From the human T2T-CHM13v2.0 reference genome, Homo sapiens: DNA of 64,000 nucleotides. Positions 26,546 to 38,175 of the stretch are shown here, in pieces. The notes below the pieces were generated by a model that was not told the origin of the DNA, did not search any database, and worked only from the letters and a program-made list of their open reading frames with translations. The translations under genes and the position numbers were made by a program. Within the stretch, counting starts at the first letter, position 1. Every line of letters starts with the position of its first letter. The stretch lies in the NCBI RefSeq assembly GCF_009914755.1, contig NC_060929.1; one strand, given 5' to 3'.

Positions 26546-27859
26546 GTTTCATTAGGCGATTTTGTCACTGGGTGAACATCAGAGTGTGTACACAAAATAA
26601 GATGATATAGCCTACTACACACCTAGACCATATTGTGTAGCCTGTTTGCACCTAGGTTACAAACCTGTACAGAATGTTACTATATTGAATATTGTAGGCA
26701 ATTGTAACACAACAGTATTTGCATATCTAAATATATCTCTACATAGAAAAGGTAGAGCTAAACTATGGTATGAAAGATAAAAAATGGTATGTCTATAGGG
26801 CACTTACTATGAATGTTGTTTCCAGGACTGGAAGTTGCTCTGGATGGAACAGTGAGTGAGTGGCGCATGAATGTGATGTCCTAGGACACTACTGTACACT
26901 AGTATTCTAGTCTTTATAAACACTGTACATTTAAGCTACACTAAATTTATTTAAAAATACTTTTATTTCTTAAAAAACAAATGATCCTTAGCTTACTGTA
27001 CTTTTTTAGCTTTATAAACATTTTAATTTTTCAAAGTTTTTGGCTCTTTCATAATATTTAGGTTAAAACATACATTGCACAGTTGTACAAAAATATTTTC
27101 TTTCTTTATATCCTTTTTTATAAGCTTCTTCTATTTTTAATTTTTATATTTATTTTTTTACTTTTTAAACTTCTTTGTTAAAAACTAAGACAGTGAGGCA
27201 CAGTGGTCTGCACCTATGATCAATTCAAGCTTCTCAGGAAACAGAGGTAGGAGGACCTCTTGAGCTCAGGAGCTCATGAGCAGCCTGAGCAACATAAGAA
27301 GACCCCATCTACAAAACAAACAAACAGAAATCCAAGACAAAAGTGCACACCTTTGTCTAGGATCATCAATATTAGTCTTCACCTCCACAGCTTGTCCCAC
27401 TTGAAGGTGTCCCACTGGAAGGCAATAACACGCATGGAGCTGTCACCTCCTGTGATAACAATGCCTTCTGGAATACCTCCTGCAGGACCTGCCTGAGACT
27501 GTTTTACAGTTCACTCATTTAAAAAAAAAAAAAAAGCAGAAGCAGTACACTCTAAAATAACAATAAAAAACATAGTACAGTCAATACATAAGCCAGTAAC
27601 ATAGTTTATTATCAATGTCAAGTATTATGTACTGTACATATTTGTATGTAGTATACTTTTATAGGAGTGGCAGCACAGTAGGTTCGTTTACACCACCATC
27701 ACCACAAACACATGAGTAATGTGTTATGCAATAATGTTATGACAGCTACATCACTAGAGAGATGATAGGAATTTTTTGGCTCCACTGTAGTCTTACGGGA
27801 CCACCATCATATATGAGCTCTGCTTGTAGATCACAATGTCATTATGCCATGCATGACTG
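26546..27859 (+). mobile_element. Tigger3b/MER7-type (Tc1/mariner) DNA transposon, 5' TIR missing
   Basis: attaggcgattttgtc...tagcctactacacacctag...ggactggaagttgctctgg; 3' TIR ttatgccatgcatgactg followed by TA. Confidence 0.88.
27193..27330 (+). mobile_element. FLAM / Alu monomer nested in Tigger3b
   Basis: aggcacagtgg...gaggtaggagga...cagcctgagcaacata...ccccatctacaaaacaaac; flanked by aagaca direct repeats. Confidence 0.8.
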
Positions 27860-28159
27860 TATATTAAAAAATTTCAGGAAACCTATCAAAAGACCCTTAG
27901 AATTTACAAAAATTATTAAATATAAGATGAATCCAATTTGATAGGGTTTCCTATGTGCTGGAAACAATCAGTTTATACATTTTATAAGAAAAATATAATA
28001 CATTGAAAGCAGCAAAGTGAACAAAAATACCAGCAATCATTCAAATGGAAATATGTGGAACCTATATGTAAAAAATACAAAATTAAAATGTGAGTTATAA
28101 ATGTGCATTAGACTAGGTGTAGAAATACCTTGAAGTGATAGTACAAGTATTCTGGAGAG

Positions 28160-29470
28160 CATGAACAGCAAATGCAAATGTGCCTTATCTTCAGAAACAG
28201 CATACTCAGGGGCAGAATAGAAAAATGAGGCAATATTTCTTAATCCTTAGTCATGAAGAGTGGCTTAAAATAATGCTGGAGAGGTAGGTGGTGACTATGA
28301 TGAAAATTTTCTATATTCCATGAGCCATAATTCTCATGGAGGAATTTAAAGCAGTGGTGACACAGATCAAGAGTTAGTTTTGAAAATGATTACTCTTCTT
28401 GTATAAATGTATTGAGAAGTAACACAAATGGAGGCAGAGTGATCAATTAGGATGTTCTTTTAATTGTTAAAGAAAAATGATGAAGATTTGGGCTAGGTGT
28501 TTGACTATGGATGCTGAGAAAAAAGTGTCTATAAAATATTTAGAGAGTAGAATCTACAGGAATTTGGCCATTGCTTGGTGTGGAGAGGGGCTTTATAATA
28601 ATTACTTCCATTATTCTGGCCGAAGTATTTGCGAGTGTCTCCATTCATAAAATAAGAAACTTTGGGGGCAAAATTTAAGGAAAGAAAAAAACTAAATTAA
28701 GTTTTGGATATACTGGGCTTGGGTATTTGTGAAATATCCCATTGGAGAGTTGAGTGTGCAGTTAGAGTTTGTTTTAGTAGTCCAGCCAGAAATATAAATT
28801 TCAGAATTAAGAATTGGCTGGGCATGGTGGCTCATGCCTGTAAACCCAGCACTATGGGAGAACGAGGTGGGAGAATTACTTAAGCCCAGGAATTCAAGCC
28901 CAGGAGTTCGAGCCCAGCTTGAGCCCAGGAGTTGTAGACTTGTCTCCAGAAAATAAACCAATTAGCTGGGTGTAGTGGCAGGCACCTGTAGTCACAGCTA
29001 CTTGAAAGGGTAAGGTGGGAGGATTGCTTGAGCCTAGGAGGCTGAACCTTCAGTGAGCCCTGATCACACCACTGCACTCCAGCTTGTGTGACAAAGCGAG
29101 ACCTTGTTTCTACTCCCCCGACCCCCCGCTGCAATGCTCCCTTCCACCAAACACAAACAACAACAAAAAAAGATAATATTTGAATTCGTGAAAGTATTTT
29201 TGATCACCTATTTGTATAATGCAATTAGGGAGAAAAGTGCCCCAATTAATCAAATCCTGAGCAACCCTATGAAGGAGAGGAAGAAAAATTGGAAGAAGAG
29301 CCCAAAATTGGAGAACCAATGAGGTCAGAGGAAAACCATAAACACATGTCCTTGCAGATGCTCAGAGTTGAGAATGTTTCAGAAGAAAGAGAGAAAACCA
29401 AATTCTGAGGATTATTGCTAAATTAAGGCTGGAAATTAAAACAGTTCATTATACATTGTAGCCTACAGGT
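28160..29470 (-). mobile_element. L2 fragment interrupted by AluJ
   Basis: ttaaagcagtggtgaca...gtagaatctacaggaatttgg...aagttttggatatactg...gtgaaatatcc. Confidence 0.65.
28816..29172 (+). mobile_element. AluJ with rearranged left arm
   Basis: gtgggaggattgcttgagcctagg is J-diagnostic; repeated agcccag motifs in the left arm. Confidence 0.88.
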
Positions 29471-29502
29471 CATTGATAGGTTGATTAAGAAAGTTCGCTT
29501 CT

Positions 29503-29815
29503 GTCCAGGAGTAGTGGCTCACGCCTGTAATCCCAGCCCTTTGGGAGGGCGAGGTGGAGGAATCACGAGGTCAAAAGTTCGAGACCAGTCTGGCCAAAAT
29601 AGTGAAACCCTGTCTCTACTAAAAATACAAAAAATTAGCCGTGTGTGGTGGTATGCACCTGTAATCCTAGCTACTCGGGAGGCTGAGGCAGGAGAATCAT
29701 GTGAACCTGGGAGGTGGAGTTTGCAGTGAGCTGAGATAGGCCATCGTACTCCAGCCCTGGCGACAGTGCGAGTCTCTGTCTCAAAAAAAAAAAAAAACAA
29801 CAACAACAACAAAAA
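29503..29815 (+). mobile_element. Alu (AluSg-like)
   Basis: Full length; TSD aagaaagttcgctt on both sides. Confidence 0.95.
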
Positions 29816-30259
29816 AAGAAAGTTCGCTTTTGGTAGAATGCTAGGGATACAAGTAAAATTTAAAATTTAAGTGATTTTAGCAGTAAGTAGATAGTAAGAA
29901 AATGAGTAGACAGCTCAAGCAAATTGATAGGGGAGAATAATTTTTAAATAATAGAATTTAAAAGATGTAGTGAGCCCATGATTTTAAAGAGAGAAGAAAT
30001 AATAGAGAGCTTGTGGTTCCAACAGAAGCATGGGAGTCCCAGACAAGAAAAGCCTTAGTTGTTGTAAGCACCATGAAGGACATCAGAGAGGACTTGCAAT
30101 AATGAAATATATTAGAAAAATTGCAATTAAAATTGTGTGGCACAGACCCAAGATATTAATTTTCCTTGAAATATATCTTAATTACATAAAAGGATTTAAA
30201 ATACTCTAGAAGAAACAAGAAATAACGGTGAGAAAGCCTATTTGTCATACTTTCAAGAA

Positions 30260-32560
30260 AGACTGATTTAGCACTCACTACGTGCTAAGCACCATTATGG
30301 TCTTAATAATGGTCTCACCATTAAGAGCTGAGACCCAGTAGTGAACTAAGCTGAAAATGTCCTCATTTAACCTACATTTCAATGGGGGGAGGGGAGAACT
30401 TCATTTCCATAAATGAAATTAATAAGTAAAAGATACCATGTGTTATGGTATAGAGGAAAAAAAAAGCAGGAAAAAAATGAAGATTGTTAGAGGAGGGGAT
30501 ATTGCAAATAAATGGCCGGAGAAATCCTTAAAAATGGTGAAACTTGAGAAATGTCTAAAGGTGTCTAGAAAGTTAGCCATGAGAATATTTGAGAATGGCA
30601 AGTTAAAAAACCCAAGATGTAAGCATTTCTGGAGTATCTGAAGAAAATAAGGAAGCCAGTGTAGCTAGAATAGAGCGAGCAAGGAGAGATGTTTCAAAAG
30701 AGGTCAGAGGAAATGAGAATGAGTGGGTTAGGTATATGGACAATATGCAGTGCCATTTTAGACTGCTGTAAAAATGTGGATATCTACCCTGACAATGAAG
30801 CTATTGCAAAGGTCCAAGCAAAGGAGTATTAATATCTGTAGCAGAAGGGTGACAGAAGAAGCAGGAAGACCAAATGGGGGCTCTTTCAGTAATTCAGAGC
30901 AGACATGATTGTAGCTGGGAAAAAGGTGGTTTCGGGAGAAGTGTTGAGAAAACAAAGATTCTGACTATATCCAGACATTTCAAATTAGAGCTAGCAGGAT
31001 TTGCTGAAGAATTTTACATAAATGGTCAGGATGAGTAAAGGAGAATTCCCAGGTTTGGAAGCCAGAAAACACAGGAGGTGGCACAGTGTGGTGATTAAGC
31101 TCATAATCTCTGGAGCCAGACTCATTGGCTTTGCAATTCTTACTCAGTCACTTGTGTGGCCTTGGGCAAGTTAGTTATCTCTTAATGCCTCCATTTCTTT
31201 ATCCATAAAGTTGAGGCATAATCTTGCTTATTTTATAGAGCTGTTAGGAAGTTTAAATTGGTTAAAGTTTCAAAGTACTTAGGAAGGATGCTGAAATGAG
31301 TATTTGGGGGGATGGTTGGAAGATAAATTCTGGGTTCTTTAAGTTTGAATTATTTTTAGATACATATGTGGAGATGTCTTGAAGGCAGTTAAATACACAG
31401 GTATTCAGATTTGGAATACAAAGGGGAAAATCCAGTTTTGACTTAGTTTGTAATCCATCAGTGTATGGATGGTATTTAAAACTAGATTTAGGGGAAGAAA
31501 AAGAAAGCATCAGTAGACTAAGCCCTGAGAATATCTTAATGTTTACAGGACTGGAAGATCAGGTGGAAATGGCAAGAAAGCTTATAAGGCACAAAAGATC
31601 AACCAGGATTGTATAGTGTGTCAGTTGAATCGAGGGCTGCCAATGGATCAAATAAATTAAGAACAAAGGATTGACCACTAGATTTAACATTTAACATTGT
31701 TTTGATCATTGGCAATCTAGGTGAAAGCTGCTGAAATATTGTGGTAGAGACAAAAACATGACTGGAGTGGGTATAAGAGTTCACAGGGCTAGAAAAATTG
31801 AAGATAGTGAATATGGACCTTTGTAATAGAAGGTTTGTTCTAAAAGGAAGGCAAGAATAGTTAGTAACTGGAGAAAAAAGTAGGGTGATGAGATGTTGTT
31901 TTAATCAGAGATAAATAACAGTAACTTTGCAGGGTTTTGGGGAAAATTCTAATAAAAAGGAAAAAATAATGATGATGGAAAGGAGTCTTTCTAGAGCAAT
32001 GTCCTTGAGAAGTAAGAGGGGATAAGATACAATGGCAGGATTGGCTTTTGCTAGGCTCTTGGATGATTAGTCTTTAATAAGTAAGAAGATACAGTTGCAG
32101 GAGAGTGGGTAGATAGTCATGACAGTATGTACAATTGGCTTCCAATTGATTTAATTTTCTAAGTGAGTTGAGATGCAAGGTAAAGAGTTAAGCATGACTT
32201 TGTGGAGAAGATATTTGAGGTCTGAAGAGAGAAGACCAAGTAGAAAAAATTGCCTTAAGCAATTAAAGGGAGTGACCCAGAATTCTGTAGGTAACTGCAA
32301 AAGAAAGGATTGTGGGTGAAGTAATTTTATGACATAAGATGTGAGCTGGATGCCTTTAAGGAGATAAGAAGAATGATCTAAAAGTAATATTAAGGATCAA
32401 GGACATCTAAACCACATGAGACATTTGGGAAGAAAACATCCATTATTTAATAGGTCTTCAGGAGAAATGTCCTCAGGAAATAGCCACATTTCCTTTGAGT
32501 AAAAAGGTGAAAGGATGTTTATGAAAGAGACAGAATAGTTGAAGTTTGAAAACTTTGACT
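30260..32560 (-). mobile_element. L2 (L2a-like) long fragment with nested MIR
   Basis: 3' end atttagcactcactacgtgctaagcacc; ggaagccagtgtagctagaatagag; ggattgaccactagatttaaca. Confidence 0.75.
31075..31290 (+). mobile_element. MIR SINE
   Basis: gtgtggtgattaag...tctggagccagac...gccttgggcaagttag. Confidence 0.85.
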
Positions 32561-32705
32561 ACTGAAAAGAAATCTAGTCAGGTGTCTGTCTTACTACACA
32601 GACAAATCAATTCCGCAGAAATAAAACGATTAAATATAAAAATTCCATAGCATATAAATATGGGTTACTATTTAAGCAATTTTCAAATGGTTAAGAATTT
32701 TTCAT

Positions 32706-32987
32706 GGCTGGGCACAGTGGCTCATGCCTGTAATCCCAGCACTTTGGGAGGCCAAGGTGGGCAGATCACCTGAGGTCAGGAGTTCACGAGCAGCCTGACC
32801 AACATGGAGAAACCCCATCTCTACTAAAAATACAAAATTAGCCAGGGGTGGTGGCGCATGCCTGTAATCCGAGCTACTCAGGAGGGTGAGGCGGGAGAAT
32901 TGCATGAACCCGGGAGGCGGAGTTGCGAAGGGCCAAGATCGTGCCACTGCACGCCAACCTGAGCAACTGGGCAACACGAGCAAAACT
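32706..32987 (+). mobile_element. AluSp-like element lacking a poly-A tail
   Basis: cctgaccaacatggagaaacccc diagnostic; ends at gagcaaaact. Confidence 0.9.
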
Positions 32988-33050
32988 AATAATTTTCCTA
33001 GCACAAAAGCAATGGAAATAACTACTCTGAAAAGATTAATATGACTAATA

Positions 33051-33373
33051 CCAGGCACAGTGGCTCACACCTGTAATCTCAACTACTCAGGAGGCTGAGA
33101 CAAGAAGATCTGTTGAGGTCAGGAGTTCGAGACCAGCCTTTGCAACATAGCAAGCCTCCTGTCTCTAATAGAATAAAATAAAATAAAATAAAATGAGCCA
33201 GATGTGGTGGTGCAAGCCTGTGTCCCAGCTATTCCGGAGGCTGAGGTAGGAGGATCGCTCGAGCCTAGGAGTTTGAGGCCATAGTGAGCTATGATTGCAC
33301 CAGTGCCTCCCAGCCTGAGTGACAGAGCAAGATCCCATCTCTAAAATAGTAAAAATAATATAATAATAATAAT
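33051..33373 (+). mobile_element. AluJ with (TAA)n tail
   Basis: ggaggatcgctcgagcctaggagtttgaggcc...gtgagctatgattg. Confidence 0.9.
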
Positions 33374-33375
33374 AT

Positions 33376-33419
33376 GAAGAAGAAGGAAATGAAGAAGAAG
33401 AAGAAGAAGAAGAAGAAGA
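33376..33419. repeat. (GAA)n triplet repeat
   Basis: About 9 perfect GAA units at 33391-33417. Confidence 0.95.
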
Positions 33420-33584
33420 CTGAAAAACCTGGAACTAATATTTACCACAGATAGGGCAATGGCTTAATAACCATAAAGTGTATAATACTTTTATAAATCA
33501 AGGAAAATAAAAGTCCTCCTAGAAAAAATCATTTATAAAAAATTCAACAAAAATTCCAAAAATGGTTAAGTTTTTTAAGTGTAG

Positions 33585-33870
33585 TCATGATGGTATGGTG
33601 GTTAAGAACTTGGTTTTGTCCAGCCTGGGTGACAGAACAAGACTCCGTCTAAAATAAAAAAAAGAAAAGAAGAACTTGGTTTTGAAATTGAAACTGTTGT
33701 AGGCATAAGCACCAACCTGCTACTTATCTACTGAGTAATATTGGGCAACTTTTATAACTTCTTTAAGCTTCAATTAATTCATCATTGCAAAAGGATGAAA
33801 ATTATACTTTTCTACTTACCTCATATGGATATGTTATGTTTAAATAAGATAAAATCTCAGTGCCCGGCAA
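33585..33870 (+). mobile_element. MIR SINE interrupted by a tiny Alu
   Basis: gtatggtggttaaga...ttgggcaactttt...cttacctcatatgg. Confidence 0.75.
33619..33669 (+). mobile_element. Severely 5'-truncated Alu insertion
   Basis: tccagcctgggtgacagaacaagactccgtct plus A tail, between perfect 15-bp TSDs aagaacttggttttg. Confidence 0.92.
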
Positions 33871-34303
33871 AAATAAAACCTTTGCTGGTGTTAGCTATGG
33901 TTCTTATGATAGTAGTTGTTGAGGTTGTTATCATTACTATTATTAATAGTATTTCTATTAATATCTAAGTATAGCATCTTATTCATCTATTGTCCTTATT
34001 AAATGCTTTACAACTGTAGTCAGTCAATACGGTTTTGTTATTTGAATAAATTGTTGCACCATCTAATTGTTAAGTACAGCACATTGAACATTATCATTAT
34101 CAAACTCTTCATTGCTTACTCAGAGATTGATAGCCCCTAACCTAAGTACTATATAATTGTGGCTCAAGTGCTATAGAATGAGGGCCTCTTATAGGTTCTA
34201 CCTAAAGTTGACCATATAAACCACACAAAATTAAAACAGTAGAGGCAATTATGCACTAATCATGCACTAGCCATACACGAATAAAAATTAATTAGAAACA
34301 TAA

Positions 34304-34651
<348 letters not shown>

Positions 34652-34659
34652 AAGAGGAC

Positions 34660-35060
34660 TATTTCTAAAGTGACAAGATTGAGGGAACAAGGAAGAGATG
34701 ACGAGACACTCCCAAATTGGCAGCAGAAGAAAAGCTGTCTCCACTCTCAAGGTTCAGGAGGACATAGGAAGAAAGTGGTGTTCCCAGAGCTCAGAGAGAG
34801 CTGAGCCACAGAGGAGTGTCACCCAACAGGAGAAGTGGTCATGGAGAGACAGAGACAGAGTCACAGTGTTGAAGCAGGAAGTAGTGGGGAAGAAAGATTC
34901 CAATCGCTTTCTCCTTCTGCCCCTCATTTTTTTTTCCAGTCTTTTCCATTAGCTTAACCTAATGGGGAGTCAACCAGCAAGGTTATTCTCCTAGGGCATA
35001 GGACAGAACTGCTAAGGCTGAGGATGGTTCCGACAGTGTAAAGGGGTGGAGATGGGGCAT
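34660..35060. mobile_element. Possible LTR33-like ERVL LTR
   Basis: Purine-rich block with ctccttctgcccctc...ccattagcttaacctaa...cagcaagg. Confidence 0.45.
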
Positions 35061-35314
35061 GAAGTGGGAAAGAAGCAGAACAGTTGCACAAGCACGATGC
35101 TTAAAATCTACTGTGTTTCCACTGCAGTTTTCAACTTTTCCTCATAATTTTCATTTATATGACTCTGCCTCAGGGCATGATGTGCTCTGTTATTTTGGAA
35201 CTATGAAAAATGGAGAGTTAAGATGTCAGTAAACAGTGACACTGGCCACACTGAGAGGTACTAATAAAAAGTTCATGTTTATTTTGAATTTGAAGACATC
35301 AAAATAATACTGAC

Positions 35315-35442
35315 CTTGTTTTTCAGGCTCTCGAATAATAATATTGAATCCAGTCATGGTCAGTAATAATGTATTCACATCTGACATGCAAAATCCTTTC
35401 TGTCAGTCATATCACTTCTGTTTCTAATCTCCTTGAATACAT
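35315..35442 (-). ncRNA. Candidate internal non-coding exon (128 nt)
   Basis: Donor AAG|gtcagt; weaker acceptor gctaacgctttag|A; stops in all three frames. Confidence 0.35.
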
Positions 35443-36651
35443 CTAAAGCGTTAGCATTCATAGAAGGCAAACATCAGACTCAATAACCTTTATACTCGGA
35501 CATATTCTAAGCAAATTATGGGGAAATTTTGCAGCCTCTGACTTTCCAGGGTAAACAATAAAAAGAACAGACATCAAATCTGGGTATTTATACCAGCACT
35601 TCATCCTCTTGGAATATATGTGGGCCAATCAACTGAGAATGATAAAGATGCTAGACCTGTCTAAATGTGAGAGAGAGACAGAGAGACAGAAGAGAGAAAG
35701 AGCTGTGTGTGCGTTTTAAAATGTTTACTGTAGATATTCTATAATCTTGACTAAAGTGGGTAATGACTATACAATCCACACATCACTGTCTAATACATGT
35801 TTAATTAATATTGCATAAAAGGCTTGCTGTGGTTTTTTATGCAAATAGGACCATAAGTATATCTGTAGGTTTTCTTTTCTTTCCTACCTCTCTCTTTTGG
35901 GGTTTTGCTCTCCTGAGGTACAAAACTGAGCAACAAAATTACCTTAAAGAGGGTTTATGAATCACAAAGGAGAATTCTTTATGTACCTTGTTTCCATATG
36001 AAAGTAGCAACATTTGTGCATAAATGCCTTGAATCATTTTTTTATGAATTGGGCCTTAAGTGCTCATGATTGTCCTTGGTATTCAGTTTTTGTCATTAAG
36101 TAGCGTTGAAACAACAGGAGGAGAAAAAAGGAAACATTTTGTACCTGTGGTACACACTTGGACAACACAGCTTTAGGAAAATAGCTACACTCTTATCCTT
36201 TTATATGTATAAATTATGCAGGGACAAAGACAAGTGTGAATTGATGAAAAGGCAAATAATATATTTCTGGAACATTAATAGTCAAAGCCATACTCAGGAT
36301 TTAAAAGAAATGCATTGATTTTCTTATTTGGTTCACGTGCACTCTCATATTTTGCCAATCTATATGGCTCCGTTGACAGAATTAGGTTTGCTCTGGATGA
36401 AGAAAGGGATAATTCTCTTTCTAACTGCAGGGTAATATGTCACCTCTCTTAGCATATTACCTAATAATCATCCTCAATGACTGAGGGAGAGGGGCATGGC
36501 ATACAGATTTTTTAAACGTTGGTGTTTAGTGTTTTATTGTCATATATTACACACAAAGGTGAAATGCTTGAGACGAGGAATATTTCTTTAAGACTTTTGA
36601 AAAAAAATACAAGAGAAAAATCTAGACATTCTCTGTTTCTATGCCTATTTC

Positions 36652-36895
36652 TATTATAGACTCAATTGTGTTCCCCAAAATTCATTTGTTGAAGTCTTAA
36701 CCCTTAGTATCTCAGAATGTAACTGTATTTGAAGATAGGACCTTTGAAGTGGTAAATAAGGTAAAATGAAGTCAGTCTTATGGGTGGGCCCTAATCCAAA
36801 TGATTGCTGTCTTTATAAGAAGAGGGATTAGGACACAGAGACACACAGAAGCAAGACAATTTGAAGATACAGGGAAAAGATGGCCATCTGCAGAA
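36652..36895 (+). mobile_element. MLT1A/B LTR, 5' part
   Basis: aattgtgttccccaaaattcatttgttgaagtcttaaccc...gggtgggccctaatccaa...gatggccatctgca. Confidence 0.85.
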
Positions 36896-37630
36896 CTATG
36901 ATTTCAACTAGATTATTTAGTTCCATGTTTAATACATTTTCTCATTTTATAGCACAGGACAATGGAAAAAATTGTGAAATAACATAGCACGTTGCAAAAC
37001 TCGTAACATATAAAATTAGTGAAATAAATAAATCATAACATTGATAATAATAGCAGTGAATTAATCCAAATGCTCTGTGTAGCTGATGAAGATTGAGGGC
37101 CTATGCCAAATTTCCCAAACCCTATGTTGCTATCAAATTCAGTTCCATCTTGTTCCTTCAAGTTGACAATGAAAGACTTCTAACAGTAATTGTTTTAGGA
37201 AGAGCCCTTTTTGTAGATAATTTTAATTGATATGCTTTCTATTAAAATGTCAACTAACCTTGATTTTCATTCTTTATTATTTAAAATAGGTACTGAATAA
37301 ATTTGTTGCAGATATAAAACTGCAAACCTTTAATGAGGCAAATTGCTTATGGAGTTCCTGCTTAATCATTCAGTCACTTGCTGTCACTCCTAATTAGATA
37401 ACTAAATTTCTACATTTGTAAAATATCACATTTGGGATGAATTTAATGCTGAAAGATATTGGTTTAACATCCCAAGGCTATATCTGTGAATTCAGTTATC
37501 AAAACTTAGCTTTGTAAACATTTATGTTTCATTCACATTTTTATTTCAATATGTAACATATTATTATTTTTCTTCAGTTTTCTGTGCCAATTTAGAGTTT
37601 ATTCAAAATTATCTTTATGAAATATTATTT

Positions 37631-38175
37631 CATTACTGTAAAGTGGTCTTGATCTAAACCCCAAGAGAGGGTTCTTGGATCTCTCACAAGAGAGAATTCA
37701 TGGCAAGTCCATAAAGTGAAAACAAGTTTATTAAGAAAGCAAAGGAATAAAAAGATGGTTACTCCATAGGCAGAACAGCCCCAACGGCTGCTGGTTGCTC
37801 ATTTTAAATATTATTTCTTGATTGTATGCTAAACAAGGGGTGGATTATTCATGCCTCCCCATTTTAGACCATATAGGGTGGCTTCCTGATGTTGCCATGG
37901 CATTTGTAAACTGTCATGGCGCTGGTGGAAGTGTAATAGTGAAGAAGACCTGAGGACACTCTCATCGCCATCTTGGTTTTGGTGGGTTTTGGCCGGCTTC
38001 TTTACTGCAACCTATTTTATCAGCAAGATCTTTATGACCTGTATCTTGTGCTGACCTATCTCATCCTGTGACTTAGAATGCCTAACCGTCTGGGAATGCA
38101 GCCCAGTAGGTCTCAGCCTTACTTTATCCAGCCCCTATTCAAGGTGGAGTTGTTCTGGTTCAAACACCTCCGAAA
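37631..38175 (-). mobile_element. MER41A (ERV1) solo LTR
   Basis: accccaagagagggttcttggatctc...cagcccctattcaaggtggagttgttctggttcaaacacctc; lacks the GAS-containing segment of MER41B. Confidence 0.88.

Noticed and set aside
35811-35846. 10-bp inverted repeat ttgcataaaa/ttttatgcaa overlapping the octamer ATGCAAAT
   Set aside because: Short and AT-rich, so expected by chance; too short for a pre-miRNA.
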